DNA from: an uncultured Verrucomicrobiae bacterium
Lineage (GTDB): Bacteria > Verrucomicrobiota > Verrucomicrobiia > Palsa-1439
Assembly (NCBI GenBank): GCA_963812605.1
Contig: CAWEWF010000010.1
Span: 1-64,000 of the forward strand
Length of the DNA: 64,000 bases
Reading direction: 5' to 3'
Part shown: piece by piece, positions 30,195 to 43,144 of the stretch
Layout: each line of letters begins with the position of its first letter
Numbering within the stretch: the first letter of the stretch is position 1
Program-made: the position numbers and the translations under genes
The notes under the pieces: model-generated
Told to the model about the DNA's origin: nothing
Seen by the model: the letters and a program-made list of their open reading frames with translations, nothing else
The model's database searches: none

Positions 30195-30932
30195 ATGAAT
30201 GAGAAACATGACAAGCGGACGTCGGCATCCACGACAGGAAATTGTCGGCGAATCGGCTTTACGTTAATCGAACTACTCGTGGTCATTGCCATTATCGGTA
30301 TCCTGGCGGCGATGTTGTTGCCCGCGCTGAACAAGGCGCGCGCGACCGCCAAAAAAGCTTCCTGCCTGAGCAACGTGAAGCAGATCACGTTGGCTTGCAT
30401 CATGTACGCGGACGACAATGACGAACAACTGCCGATTGGCATAACCTACAGTTGGGAATCGCCCACGTATCTCAAAAATACCGACGGTACGCTGGTAACC
30501 AACTTCTATCAGGACGTCATTGCCCCGCAAATAGCCAATATCCAGAATCATATCTCCCAGGTTTTCAAGTGTCCGGCGGCGAGGACATTGCCGGCTGCGT
30601 ATGGCACCGATCTTCTGACGCTCACGAACGCGACCGATTATCGGTACAACAGTTACGAGTCGTGCCATAATCCCAACCAGTTTAATTCGCCCGCCCACGG
30701 TTCACCGCCAGGTCGCCGGCTCAGCAACGTCGCCAACCCCTCGGCCGCGGTCCTGCTGGCTGACGTGGTGTTTCCGAACTGGCCGGCGAGCATTTTTCCG
30801 CACGATGGGATCAACTGTGGGTTCGTGGACGGCCACGCGGAGTGGGTATCGACTCCGAACTACTTTGCGCAAGTTACCCCGGGCGGCGGCGACAACATGT
30901 ACGCGAAGTTCTGGACCAAGGGCTGGCATTAG
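30195..30932 (+). CDS. Prepilin-type N-terminal cleavage/methylation protein with an H-X9-DG-like C-terminal motif
   Basis: [32 protein letters not shown]; [14 protein letters not shown]. Confidence 0.9.
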   Translation: MNEKHDKRTSASTTGNCRRIGFTLIELLVVIAIIGILAAMLLPALNKARATAKKASCLSNVKQITLACIMYADDNDEQLPIGITYSWESPTYLKNTDGTLVTNFYQDVIAPQIANIQNHISQVFKCPAARTLPAAYGTDLLTLTNATDYRYNSYESCHNPNQFNSPAHGSPPGRRLSNVANPSAAVLLADVVFPNWPASIFPHDGINCGFVDGHAEWVSTPNYFAQVTPGGGDNMYAKFWTKGWH

Positions 30933-30936
30933 TGAA

Positions 30937-31539
30937 ATGAATCGTCGTGGAAACTGGACAGTTGCCTTGGGATGCCTGCTGGTTCCGGCGGGCGTTGTCT
31001 CGGCCAAGGTTGCGATTCTCGATGATGTCGTCCCTCCCGCGCTGGTGAATCCCTCGTTTGAAGATCCGGGGAACGCGCCGGACCGGGCGGCCGGTTGGGG
31101 ACGGTGGGGTCAGTGGATGAATCGCGAGGAGGGATGGACGCCGGTCCACAGCGGGCATTGTCTCTTGGGATACCATCACTGGGAAATTACCGATGCGAAT
31201 ACATCGGGTATCTATCAAGATGTCGAGCACGTGGTCAAGGGCACGGGGTACACGTTCGGCATCTACGCCAATCTGGACAAGGCCAAGAACCCCGCGCGTG
31301 ACGCGTTCACAATCGAATTGCGGCTGGAATCGACCGTCGACGGTCGACAGCAGATAGTGGCCTCAAAGCTTTACAGGGTGGCCGACCTCGCACCAGATCG
31401 TTGGGAGAAGCTCGCCGTCTCGGGCGCTCCCGCTAATGCCTCGTTACGGGTGTTGGTGATCGTAACGCCGTCACCCCAGAATGGGACACGCGGGGGAGCC
31501 CTCAGATTCGACGACGCATTTCTCGAAGTTGCTGGTTGA
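30937..31539 (+). CDS. Secreted carbohydrate-binding-like (galactose-binding fold) protein
   Basis: Signal peptide; LVNPSFED ... GIYQDV ... FDDAFL pattern. Confidence 0.6.
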   Translation: MNRRGNWTVALGCLLVPAGVVSAKVAILDDVVPPALVNPSFEDPGNAPDRAAGWGRWGQWMNREEGWTPVHSGHCLLGYHHWEITDANTSGIYQDVEHVVKGTGYTFGIYANLDKAKNPARDAFTIELRLESTVDGRQQIVASKLYRVADLAPDRWEKLAVSGAPANASLRVLVIVTPSPQNGTRGGALRFDDAFLEVAG

Positions 31540-31672
31540 ACTACGTTTGGACAACATCATGAACGTTTCACGACGAGCGTTTGCAAGGTCTCGCATTGAG
31601 GAGGGCCCTTACCAAACGATGCCACTACAATCGTCTATCTTTCCTGTAGCACGCAGAACAATAGGGAAATTG

Positions 31673-34600
31673 ATGAACCGTTCAAGATTCGGCCTGGTCG
31701 GAGCTGTGATTGCGAGCGCGCTCGTTTGTTCGGCGAGCGCCACGACGCCAGATCCGTTCCTGGCGGCCAACGGCCTCAACATCCGCAATGGTCACGGTGC
31801 CGGCGATATCGTCCCGCTGCACGGCACGAACCTCGGTGGTTGGCTGCTGATGGAAAGCTGGATGTGTCCCATGGATTCGTCCGGGCTGCCGGACCATTAC
31901 TCCGCCGTCCAGACGCTCGTGAACCGCTCCGGGTTCGGGGTTACCACGGAGGAGAGCCTGATTCGGACGTATCAGGACACGTGGATCATGACCAATGACC
32001 TCGACAATATCCGGGCGTTGGGCATGAATCTGGTGCGTGTGCCGATCATGTGGACCGACCTCCAGCGGCTGGATGGCACGTGGCGCGCCGACGCCTTTGA
32101 CAGGCTCGACTGGGTCGTCAGCAACGCCTGGCAACGCGGAATTTACACACTCCTTGATTTGCACGGCGTTCCCGGCGGTGTAAGTTCGTCGCAAAGCGCC
32201 GGCGTGGAGAACCTGAATGCCTACTGGACAAATACCGCCTACCAGACCCAAACAATGCTCATCTGGTCCAATCTGGCTGCTCATTACGTGGGCAATCCCG
32301 CCGTGGCCGGGTACGACTTGATCAATGAGCCGTACGGCGCGCCCACGCAAAACGCGATCTGGGTTGCGTACAATAGCCTGTACCAGACAGTCCGGGCCGT
32401 GGATCCCGATCACATCATTATGATGGAGGGAACCTGGAGCGGGACCGGTACCACCGGTGAGCAATTGAACTGGCAGTGGGATGTTCTGCCGGCTCCCAGC
32501 GTGTACAACTGGAGCAATGTTGTTTACCAGATGCACGCCTACGCCGGTTCAAGCAGCGCTGTACAAGGAGAGGTCAACAAGCAAACGAGCGACTTCCTGA
32601 ACCATCAATCGTGGAATGTTCCGGACTTCATCGGGGAGTTCCAGGGTTATGGCACCGGGTCGGCCTGGCAATACGCGGTCACGCAGTTCAATGCGAACGG
32701 CATCAGCTGGGCCAATTGGGCCTATAAGGCCATCAACGGCACGGTCGGGGATTCCTGGGGCATTTATGACCCGGTCAGTAGCAGCAGCCCCAGCAAACCA
32801 AACCTTCAAAGCAATTTATCCAACATCATTTCCAATGACTGGTCGCAGTGGAAGACCGCCACGGCGTTCGGGATAACTTCGTATCTCAAGCAATATCTGG
32901 GGGAACCGCTCGCCGTCGCGGATTCTTACACCGCCACGTCGGGTGTGACCTTGGCAGTCAGCAGCGGCTCGGGAGTGCTGGCCAACGATCTGGACATCAA
33001 CAACGGCCAGTCCGGCATTCGAGCTCACCGCCGTGTTGGTAAACGGTCCGACAAACGGTCAGTTGACCCTCAACCCGGACGGATCGTTTTCCTACACCTC
33101 AACGGCCGGCTTCAGCGGTACCGACACGTTTCGTTACAGGGATTACGACGGGTACGCCGATTCCGTGAATATTGTGACCGTAACGATTCAAGTGACCTCG
33201 GCCGGAGTCCCTCCCGGCTGGAGCGATGAAGACATCGGATCACCCAGCCCGGCAGGCCAAGGTCAGTACAGCTCCGGCACGGGCATTTGGACGATGTCCG
33301 GCGGTGGCGGTTCAGGTATCGGAGGCACAGCGGATGAATTCAACTATCTCTGGGAGGATTACTCCGGCGACGGCATCCTGATCGCCGAAGTGACTTCCTT
33401 ACAGAATACCGATCCCGCCGCCAGGGCGGGCGTGATGTTTCGGAGCGACGACAGCGCCAGTTCCGCCTTTGCCGACGTGGTGATCCTCCCGGGCAACATC
33501 GTCAACTTTGAATGGCGTAGTCACAATGGCGCGCAAGTCAATTCCGTGCAGGTAACTGGCGTCGCGGCTCCTCTCTGGGTGATGCTCATCCGCAGTGGTG
33601 GCAGCAGCTTCTCCGGGTATTATTCCACGGACGGGACCAATTGGGTGCAGATCGGAACCACGCAGATAGTCAGTGGATTGAGCACGGTTGTTCTGGCCGG
33701 CCTGGCGGTCACTTCTCACAGCGCCAGCCAACTCGCCACCGCAACCTTTACGAATGTCAGCGTGGCGCCGCCGACGGCCTGGCAGCAATGGCAGACGCAG
33801 TATTTTGGCAGCATCATCAATCCCCTTGCGGCACCGGACGTGGATGCGGACGGCGATGGCCAGTCCAACTTTGAGGAGTTTCTGGCGGGCACGGACCCGA
33901 CCAATGCAGCGTCGTATTTTCACATCACCTCGATCACGCCTCAAGGCAGCAATCTTGGTATTGCGTGGATGTGTGGCGGTGGAACGACGAACGTGCTGCA
34001 GGCGGCCACGAGCGTTAACGGGACGTATTCCAACGTCAGCCCAAACATCATCATTGCGGGGAGCGGAATCACAACAACCAATTATCTCGATACGGGATCA
34101 CTGACGGTAGTGAGTGGGGGAGCCTCCGACAATGCCTCAGATCCCGCGTACACCGGGGGCAACTTCAACGGGGCCAATGGGGGCACTGGATTCGGGCCTT
34201 GGGTGGTTGGTCCCACGAACAATACGAGCAACGCCCTCTGGTTCATCGCTTCATCGACGACGAACGGAGTTAACCCTTCTGGCGGGATCGACAGCGCGGG
34301 TGGCAAGTCCTGGGGTTCTTTCGCCAATAACGGCGGGACGGGCACCGCCGTCCGTGCGTTTTCTGCCGGAGCGCTGGTTGTAGGCCAGACCTTCACGTTG
34401 GACATGGATAATGGGTACGTCGAATCCGCGGATAGCGTGGGTTTCGATCTGCAGAACGCCTCTGGGCAGACCCTGCTGGAGATTAACTATATCGGCATGA
34501 ATCCGGGAGGGAGCTACGGCTCGATTGATGGGACGGGAACGCACAGTCTGGGGGTTCCCTACACGGACGGAGGAGTGCATATTTTGATCACGCTGACATC

Positions 34601-34856
34601 CGCGACGACTTACTCGGCGAGCTTGAAGCCCGCGGGCGGATCGACGGTGAATGTCACTGGGACGCTGATTAATCCTGTGGGGGGCCAGGGGATCAGCCAA
34701 ATTCGGTTGTTCGACAACAACGTAGCGGCGGGCAACGCGGGCTCGCATTGGGATGTGTTCTGGAATAACTTCAACGTGAGCAGCGTGACGAACACCGTGA
34801 ACACTGGCGTCCTTAACGCCGCCACCCGTTACTATCGCGTGCTCCTCGTGCCATAG
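31673..34856 (+). CDS. Multidomain GH5 glycoside hydrolase + Ig-like + ConA-like + C-terminal YYRVLLVP domain (frameshift near 33025)
   Basis: GTNLGGWLLMESW, LDLHGVPG, DLINEP, IGEF; GVLANDLD..GQLTLNPDGSFSY; ARAGVMFR. Confidence 0.87.
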
Positions 34857-34897
34857 CCAAAACACATCCGAATGATAATCGTCAGAACCTGCGCACG

Positions 34898-35855
34898 ATG
34901 ATCGCTACGATTTTGCTACCGACTTTTTCAGTCACGGCACAAACTTCTCGCCACGTCACCCCGAACGGCTTCGAGAATACAGGCGATTCAAGCCCCTATG
35001 GGGACGCGTTCGTAAAGAAGGGCATTCCGTATATCGCCAATCCGCACCCGCGCCAAACCTTCGACCTCTACCTGCCCAAGAACAAGCAGTCAGGGCTCAG
35101 TACGTTGATTTTTTGGATACACGGCGGCGCGTGGATGCTCAGCAACAAGGACTGGAACAACGTCAAGTACCTCGTCAAACAGGGCTACGCTCTCGCCAGT
35201 GTGGACTATCGCTTGAGCGGGGACGCCATATTTCCGGCGCAGATCCGGGATTGCAACACGGCCCTGAATTTTATCCTTGCCCACGCAGATTCGTATGGGA
35301 TTGACCCCGAACATTTCGTTGTGGGTGGCGCTTCCGCCGGTGGCTATCTGGCCCTGCTCCTGGGATTGGCGCGAAACGAAAAGGCGTTTGGCGCCGACCC
35401 ATCGCTCAAACCGTTCGCGATCCTCGATTTTATCGGGCCGACCGACCTCACCTCCCTCCTTGACGAATTGGGCCCGGGACACAGTCACGACGTGCTGGAA
35501 GACGCCCAACAACGTCTCCTGGGCGGCCCGACGAGTAATCATCTGGACATGGCGCGCGCAGCCAGCCCCATCGCCTACGTAAATCCCGGGAATCCGCCGT
35601 GTGTTAATCTTGCACGGTGACAAGGATGATCTGGTACCCTACCAGCAAAGCGAGCGACTGCATTCACGGCTTGACCAGGCCGGAATAAGAAATCAACTGA
35701 TTACCGTCAAAGGCGCGGGCCACGACGGTCCGATGTTCGAGACACCTGAAATTCAAGAGAAGGTCATCTCTTTCCTCCAGGAATCGGCCGGAGTGGACGC
35801 TGATGATCCTTCTCTAAAGCGAGTCGCGATTGTTGCGGCGCTGGTCTTTTCCTGA
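34898..35855 (+). CDS. Alpha/beta-hydrolase esterase (frameshift near 35600)
   Basis: HGGAW, GASAG nucleophile, LILHGDKDDLVP, GAGH; exact stop uncertain. Confidence 0.85.
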
Positions 35856-37691
35856 TGTTATCGCTCTCCGCGTGGGGCGCCAACGCCGACATCCACCAGA
35901 CAGACGGCACTTCCACCGCTCCACGCCAACGGTGGGGCGATTGTGGATGACCACGGGCAGCCGGTGATTCTACGCGGATGTAATTTGGGCAACTGGCTAC
36001 TCAATGAACTGTGGATGATGGATATGGCGCGTCCGGACGATCCGAAGGACCACTGGCAAATCGAAGAGTTGCTACAGCAGCGCTTCGGTGCCGAGGAGAA
36101 GGAGCGTTTGCTCGCCCTCTACCGGGAGAATTGGATCAAGCCGCGGGATTTCGACATCATCAAGTCGTGGGGTTTTAATGTGGTGCGATTGCCTTTCTAC
36201 TACGACCTGCTCGAAGACGATGCCGCGCCAGGGCAGCTTCGTCCGGACGCTTTCAAATGGTTGGATCGCGCCATCAATATGGCCACAACGGCGGGTGTTT
36301 ATGTGATTTTGGACCTGCATGGCGCGCCTGGAGGCCAGAGCACCGACCAGTGTACCGGACACGGCGGCCAGAATAAGCTCTGGCTGCCGGAGAACAGAAA
36401 GCGGACAGTATTTCTCTGGAAAGCAATGGCCGAGCACTATCGCGCCAACCCGACCATTGCCGCCTATGATTTGCTCAACGAACCCTATGGCAATCACGGA
36501 GATGAACCGTCCGACTCAATGCTCGTCACCACCATGGACGAATTGATCCATGCTGTTCGTGAAGTGGATCAAGAGCATTTGATTTTATGCGCGGGATCCA
36601 TTCGGGGAATAACGATGTTTGGCGCTCCCGCTTCGCGCGGATGGAAAAATGTCGGTTACACGGAACATTTCTACCCTGGCCTGTTTGGCGGCGTGCCGGT
36701 AGTGGAAACACACGCCCGGTTTATCAGTCTTAATTTACGGGCCAAGATGGCGTTGATTCAGCACTGGAAGACGCCTTTCCTGGCTGGAGAGTTTAATGTG
36801 GTCTTCGATAAGGCAGGCGGTCCGGCCATGATGCGGCGCTATTATGACATCTTTGCCTCGCATGGATGGGCGGCCACGATGTGGACGTACAAGATGGTCA
36901 AACACCAGGGCGGAACGTTATCCGGATAATTGGTATATGGTGACCAACCTCGACGATCTCAAGATCCCCCACTTCCGCACGGATACCAAGGAGGAAATCG
37001 AGAGTTTCTTCCGAAGCCTCGGAACAATGGAGTATGCCCAGGACGACGAATTGCGCAGTGCGCTGACAAGCAGCCCGCCGCCCGCCCTGACGCTGCAGGA
37101 GTACCCGTTTATCTCCGGCCGGCCCCGCAGGATCGTTTGCCGGTCGATTGGGAGGGTAAGGATTTGGGCGAACCGTTTGTCAAAGGCGGCCAGCGGGTTC
37201 TGGCCAAAGATCAGATGGAGATTTTTGGCGCAGGGAGCGATGTCTTCGAGGGCAACGATCAATGTCGTTTCGTTTCACAGAAGGCAACGGATCGCTTTGA
37301 ACTAAGCGCGAGTCTTGCCCCGCCGGTTGACACCCACATGTACGCCAAAGCGGGGCTTATGTATCGCACCGGTCTCAATGCCGATGCGCCGATTGTCATC
37401 GTGAATTTGATTCCCGACGGTACGTGCACGTTCGCGTACCGGCGAACGGCGGGGGCGCGCATCACTGAAAACAGCCTGGCGCCTGCTGGGCGAACACACA
37501 GCATTCGTCTCGTCCGCAATGGCGTTCGGTTTGAGGCCACCGCTCTCGACGGTGATGGCCAATCATTGGCCATGCAGTCCGTCGATCTACCCGACCTTGC
37601 CAGCATAAAAGGCAATGTCGGCCTTTTTGTTCTGAGCCACGAAGCTTTGCTCCTCAGTAAGGCGACCTTTTCCAATATTCAATTCCACTAA
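35803..37691 (+). CDS. Second GH5 glycoside hydrolase with a C-terminal ConA-like domain (several frameshifts)
   Basis: GCNLGNWLLNELW, LDLHGAPG, DLLNEP, AGEF; YAKAGLMYR domain; start approximate. Confidence 0.82.
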
Positions 37692-37830
37692 TCATCACAT
37701 GAAAACTGGACCGCATCGTACAGACTTCGGTGAACGCCGTCCGGTACGATCCGGGGTTTTCGGTGGATGCTTGGCTGATTATCGCCAGGATGGGGAGCAG
37801 GTCAGTAAATAAGTATCGAATGGACAGTGA

Positions 37831-37855
37831 TCGATTCTCGCCCCGCCTCCAATTT
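37831..37855 (+). other. tRNA-Cys-like 3' remnant (att-like), copy 2
   Basis: TCGATTCTCGCCCCGCCTCCAATTT, a near-direct repeat of 12404-12429. Confidence 0.5.
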
Positions 37856-37858
37856 CGT

Positions 37859-38125
37859 CTAGCGTCTTTTTCTCTTTGAGGAATTTGCCCGCTTACGCTT
37901 TCGTCCAGGTGGTTGTCTGCCTCGCTTCCTGGATGTTGTGCCCTGTCGCCGACTGGAAGGCTTTTTCTTTGCGTTCTTGGCTGTTCTCTTCCGCTGGTTT
38001 CTGGTCTTTGCAGTCGACCGCGTGGACTTGGTGCGCGTCTTGCCTTTCGGTTTGGCCGTTGCAGTTCTCTTTACTGCAGGTGCCTCTTTCGGTCCAACTG
38101 AAGATTCAAGCCGACGCCGCTCCAC
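37859..38125 (-). CDS. Lys/Arg-rich basic low-complexity protein
   Basis: Strong K/R/T/S bias resembling histone-like tails; start uncertain. Confidence 0.4.
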   Translation of the reverse strand: MERRRLESSVGPKEAPAVKRTATAKPKGKTRTKSTRSTAKTRNQRKRTAKNAKKKPSSRRQGTTSRKRGRQPPGRKRKRANSSKRKRR

Positions 38126-38447
38126 TCCTCTTGACCTTTGTCAGATGATTTGGATTCTCGAAGAAAATCAGCAGCCTGTGGGCGGGAGTGGTTCGAATGA
38201 ATGGCAACTTGCTGTCATGGTTTAGCTCGGCGTCCCAGACCGTCTGGTCTTCTGTATAAAGCTGCTCAATGCAGCGTCAATGCCGGTTGAAACTGTTCCT
38301 CCGGAAAATGCCTGGCCATGAGAGCCAGCACTTGTTGGCCTTCACTGGTCTGCTCCAATTGATCTTTATTCACCATGACATTTACCCCTTTCGCTTTTCC
38401 CGTAGGCGAAATCCGCTGTCGGCTTTTAAATCTTTAAGCGGCAGTAG

Positions 38448-38552
38448 TTAGCGACAAACCAGCAACACGACGATGACGATAACAAGAAGCAAGCCCGCCC
38501 CACCTCCAACATAAAAGAAACTGCCCAATACCGTGAAAAACAGGAGATCCAT
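38448..38552 (-). CDS. Small membrane protein (34 aa; DUF3309-like)
   Basis: MDLLFFTVLGSFFYVGGGAGLLLVIVIVVLLVCR with RBS GAAAGAAGG; below the ORF-track size cutoff. Confidence 0.55.
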   Translation of the reverse strand: MDLLFFTVLGSFFYVGGGAGLLLVIVIVVLLVCR

Positions 38553-38705
38553 GGTCAACCTTCTTTCAGTTTCGATGGCAAATCATTTATCATCGATTTA
38601 CCCCGAATATATTCCCTTCCTGCCGTACTCAGCTATGGGGCTGGAACCTGATATTCGATTAGGTGATTTCCCTAGCGAATAGGCCCGGTCAAGATTCTAA
38701 AACTG

Positions 38706-41700
38706 TCATGAATAGTAACGTCTTAGCGGTGTGGAAAGTCTGCCAATGGTCAGCGACTGCTCGATTACGCGCTGAGGTACGGTGCTCGTGGCATCGAAGC
38801 ATACAATTTCCGGCCTCAAGCGAGGCGATGACAATTCCGTTCTGCAAGAGGATACGATTGTTGGAAATCGATGGAATGCGCGGGCCAGGTGTCAGAATCC
38901 CAACAAGGTTTAACGATCAGCGGCGCTCAATCAGGATCAGCGCCTCGTCTTCGGAGGTGTTGCGCATGGCCCTAACATTCCCGATTGCTTCCGAAAGAGC
39001 AAACTGTTCGCCACTCACGCCACCAACGAAATGACCTCTGCCACTTCGCCGCTCGCTTCCAGGCGGCGATAAACGCGACCCAGATCGAACCACGAAACCT
39101 CCAGCGATTCACGCTCCAGCAGCCGCCGAAACACTACGCCATAGCGGCGCAACAGGACGCGGGCAAACATTGCTATTGCCGCATCACGATTTGCGCAGGC
39201 GTATCGTCGGGATGGAGATCCGAGGGTAAGGCTTCCAACAGGGTCACCGCCCGGCGAATTCCACTCGTGATTGGTTGTGTCTCCGCTTTCGCTCACGTTC
39301 CCGAATGAGCCCGCTCTGTATCCGGGAAAATCAAAAGGGCGCGTAACACTTCAGAACTTCGCGGTCACCCAACCTTGCGTCACCAGTTCACCCAGGGCTT
39401 GTTGGACCGCGATGCCCAAAGACCGGTTCTTCGAACGATTTCTCCAAAGAACAGGGCGCCCGACTCCAGGAATGCCTTCAGGACCAACTCCGTGTCCGCC
39501 GATAATTCCGGCAGAGGCATTTCACGCAAGGCCGTCCAATGGGATAGATGGTCGCGCGCGAACAGGGAAATAGGGCTTGATCGCAAAGGCGCAAAAGCGC
39601 GGATCATCCGGCCATGGGGCGCCGACAACCTGCCCCAGCCGATGCGTCCAGTAAAACAAAGCCGGTCAAGCCATCGGGCTGATATTCCTTCACTCGAAGC
39701 GCGAGAATGGCGGGTTCCCACGCGGCCAGCCGGCGGATTCATAACCGTCGAGTAATTCCAGCACGCATTCCGTGCCTTCCGGTTCCTTCAACGCGATGAT
39801 CGGTGTCCGCTCGCTGCCAGGCTATCAGGAAGCGCTGAAAATCCGTCAGGGACACCGGCTGTATCTCGGCCCGCAATCGATTGAGGGTGAGTCGATGGAT
39901 GCGAGCCAGCAGTCGGCGGCTGCACCATTCGAGCATCGCAGCGCCCGGATGGAATTTCCCGCGCAATACAAATCCCTCCGATTCGAGCGCCAGCAAAGAC
40001 CTATCAATTTCGCGCTTGGGCAATTGAAAGAAATTCACCAGGGATTCTGCGGTAACGGGACCCACCACTTCCATCCGTCCGCGCACCAACTCGCGCACTG
40101 CGTCTTCCCGCTTCCAATGGCGGTTCAGCTCCGATTCTGGCGGATGCAACAGTGGTTTGACAGCCAGCAGGATAAACCTCGGCCACCATCGGCAAGCGCT
40201 CCGCAGCGATCCAAAACGAACGGAAATTCAACGCACCGGCGCGCTTTTCAACGGCAAGCTCCTTCAATAATGAAGCCGCTTCCGGGGAACATCTGACCGC
40301 TTCGTCTTCGGTCATGACACCCAGAAGCAGGAGCGCTTCATGTAATTCGTCGGCATTCGTCGCGCGCGGCCACGCCTCCTGGCAGACGTGCTCGATCGCC
40401 CTCGGCGTCAAGCGCCCCGAGACCATTTTCCATCGTCGACTCGGTCGCTCGCCGGGTATAAACGGCTTGCGTGCGACGCTCTTCCAACGGCGCATTATCG
40501 AGAAAGGCGTAGGGTCGCGCGTTGAGGATCTCATGTGCCAACAAGGAGGGTTCCGGTAAATCACGCGCCAGACAGCGCACCTCGTGATTTTCAATCCGAC
40601 GCAATAGCGCTTCCAAAGCTTCGATGTCCATCGCCTCTGTCAGGCAATCTTCGATTGTTTGTTTTACCAGTGGGTGGTCGGGGATCTCACGGTCCCCGGC
40701 GATGTTCTCCGAGGCAGGCGAGTTGATCGGGAAAAACAGCGGCCAGCAGGTTTTCCGATTCCATTCGTTGCAAGGGAGCGGGGATTTTGTGGCCGCCACG
40801 CTGACGAGGCAGCGCCAGCGAGCGCGTCGCATTCCAGCGCCAGCGAATCGGAAACATCGGCGCGTCCAGCAACGCCTGGATCAACAGTTCCCGCACTGTT
40901 TTGCTGTTCAAATACTGAAAGACTTCGTCCAGCGCGAACGAATGTTGCGTACCCAACGACAAGACGATGGCATCGTCTGTGGCAGCGGCCTGCAATTCGA
41001 AGTTAAAAGACCGGGAGAATCGTTTTCGGAGCGCGAGCCCCCAGGCGCGATTGAGCCGCGCCCCAAAAAGCGAGTGGACGACCAGTTGCATCCCCCCGGA
41101 TTCGTCGAAGAACCGCTCCAACACAATTGTATTTTGGGAAGGAAGCACACCCAGGGCTTTATACGCGGCGCTAAAATAAAGGGCCATTTGTCGGGCGGCG
41201 GATTCTGGAATATTTGTTTGGTCTATCAGCCAGTAGGCCACAGCCTCTTCGGGCTGGCCGGCCCGTTCAACGACCTTTTGAATATCTTCTCGAAGCTCGG
41301 AGACCGCGTGGGAAAGCTCGGCGGTTCGCGCCGCTCCTTCGCCCAGCCAAAAGGGGATTCCCGGCGGCTGGCCGTGCGCGTCCTCAACCCGGACCGTGCC
41401 GGCGTTAATCCCCAGTATTTTCCAGGAGGCGTTTCCCAGTTGGAAAATATCTCCCGCCATGCTTTCCACCGCAAAGTCTTCGTTGACAGTACCCACGAAG
41501 GTTTCGCTCGGTTCAACCACGACGCGATAATCTGAATTATCCGGGATGGCGCCGCCCGAGGTGAGAGCGGTCAACCGGGCTCCGCGTCGTCCGCGGAGGC
41601 GATGATTGATCTCGTCGTGATGGATCAGCGCGCCGCGCCGCCCTCGTTTTGTGCTGAAACCCTCCGCCAACATCCGCACCACTTGATCGAATTCCTGCCG

Positions 41701-43042
41701 GCCAAGATCGCGGTAGGGGTACGCCGACCGCATCAGTTCATACAGGGCCTGCTCATTCCAATCTTCGGAAGCAGCGGACGCGACAATCTGTTGGGAAAGC
41801 ACGTCCAGCGGCTTTTGTGGAATGAATAAACGATCCAATATGCCCTGCTTTACGCAATGGATCAGGGCCACGCATTCGACGAGTTCGTCACGGGTCAAGG
41901 GAAACAAACGTCCCTTGGGCACACCGCCCCGCCTGTGCTCGGCTCGACCTACGCGCTGTAGAAGCGTGGCGATGGAACGCGTTGTTCCAATTTGACAGAC
42001 GAGATCGACAGAACCGATATCAATGCCCAGTTCCAACGAAGAAGTGGCCACCAATGCCTTGAGTTCCCCTTGTTTGAGCCGGTTCTCCGCGTCCAGGCGG
42101 AGCTTCGCGGAGAGGCTTCCATGATGCGACGTTACCTTGTCCTTGCCGAGCCGCTCGCAAAGTTGGTGCGCCACGCGCTCGGCCAGCCGTCGCGTATTGA
42201 CGAAAACCAATGTGGTGCGATGCGCTTCGATCAGGGAAACCAGTCGCTGATAGACTTCGGCCCAAACTTCATTCGACATGACCGCTTCCAAAGGCGACCC
42301 GGGAAGTTCGAGAGCGAGATCCAGCGCGCGCAGATGTCCTGCGTCAACAATTGCGCAATGCGGACCGCCATTTTGGTCAAGATGGTTTGTTCCGACGAGG
42401 AATTTGGCAACCTCCTCAATCGGTTTTTGGGTGGCGGATAGCCCGATTCGTTGTAGGGGTCCTTCTACCAGCGCCTCCAGTCGCGCCATGCTGAGCGCCA
42501 AATGCGAACCGCGTCGGTTCGCCACCACCGCGTGGATTTCGTCCACGATAAGTGCGCGGACGGTGGCGAGCATCTTACGACCAGATTGCGACGTGCAGAA
42601 GCAAGTACAGGGACTCTGGCGTGGTCACGAGGATATGGGGAGGCCGCTTCGCGATAGCTTGGCGTTTCTTCGCGGGCGTGTCCCCCGTACGGACTTCCGC
42701 GCGCACTTCGATATCCTGGCCTTCCGCGTTTTGAATCGCCATCCGGATCGCCGCCAGGGGCTCCTCCAAATTCTTGTGGATGTCGTTGCTGAGCGCCTTA
42801 AGAGGCGATACGTAAACAATGTGGGTTTCATCCTGGAGCGTTCCGTTCAGGCCCTTTCGAAACAAAACGTCCAACGACGCCAAAAACGCGGCAAGTGTTT
42901 TACCGGAACCCGTGGGCGCCGCGATCAGGGTATGTTGCCCGGATTGGATGGCCGGCCATCCCTGGCTCTGGGCTTCCGTGGGCGTCCCGAACTTCCCCTC
43001 AAACCATCGGGCGATCGCTGGATGAAAAGTCCACCGCTGCAT
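38706..43042 (-). CDS. lhr: Lhr-family DEAD/DEAH helicase, multiply frameshifted
   Basis: [66 protein letters not shown] across at least 7 frame pieces. Confidence 0.85.
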
Positions 43043-43144
43043 TGGGCATTGTACTCCTGGTGAGCCCAAATTTCAAAATACTCGCGAGTGGCACTGGAAT
43101 ACTTCCTGAGCGCAATCTGCATTGTTCTCCCAGCAAGCCGTCCA

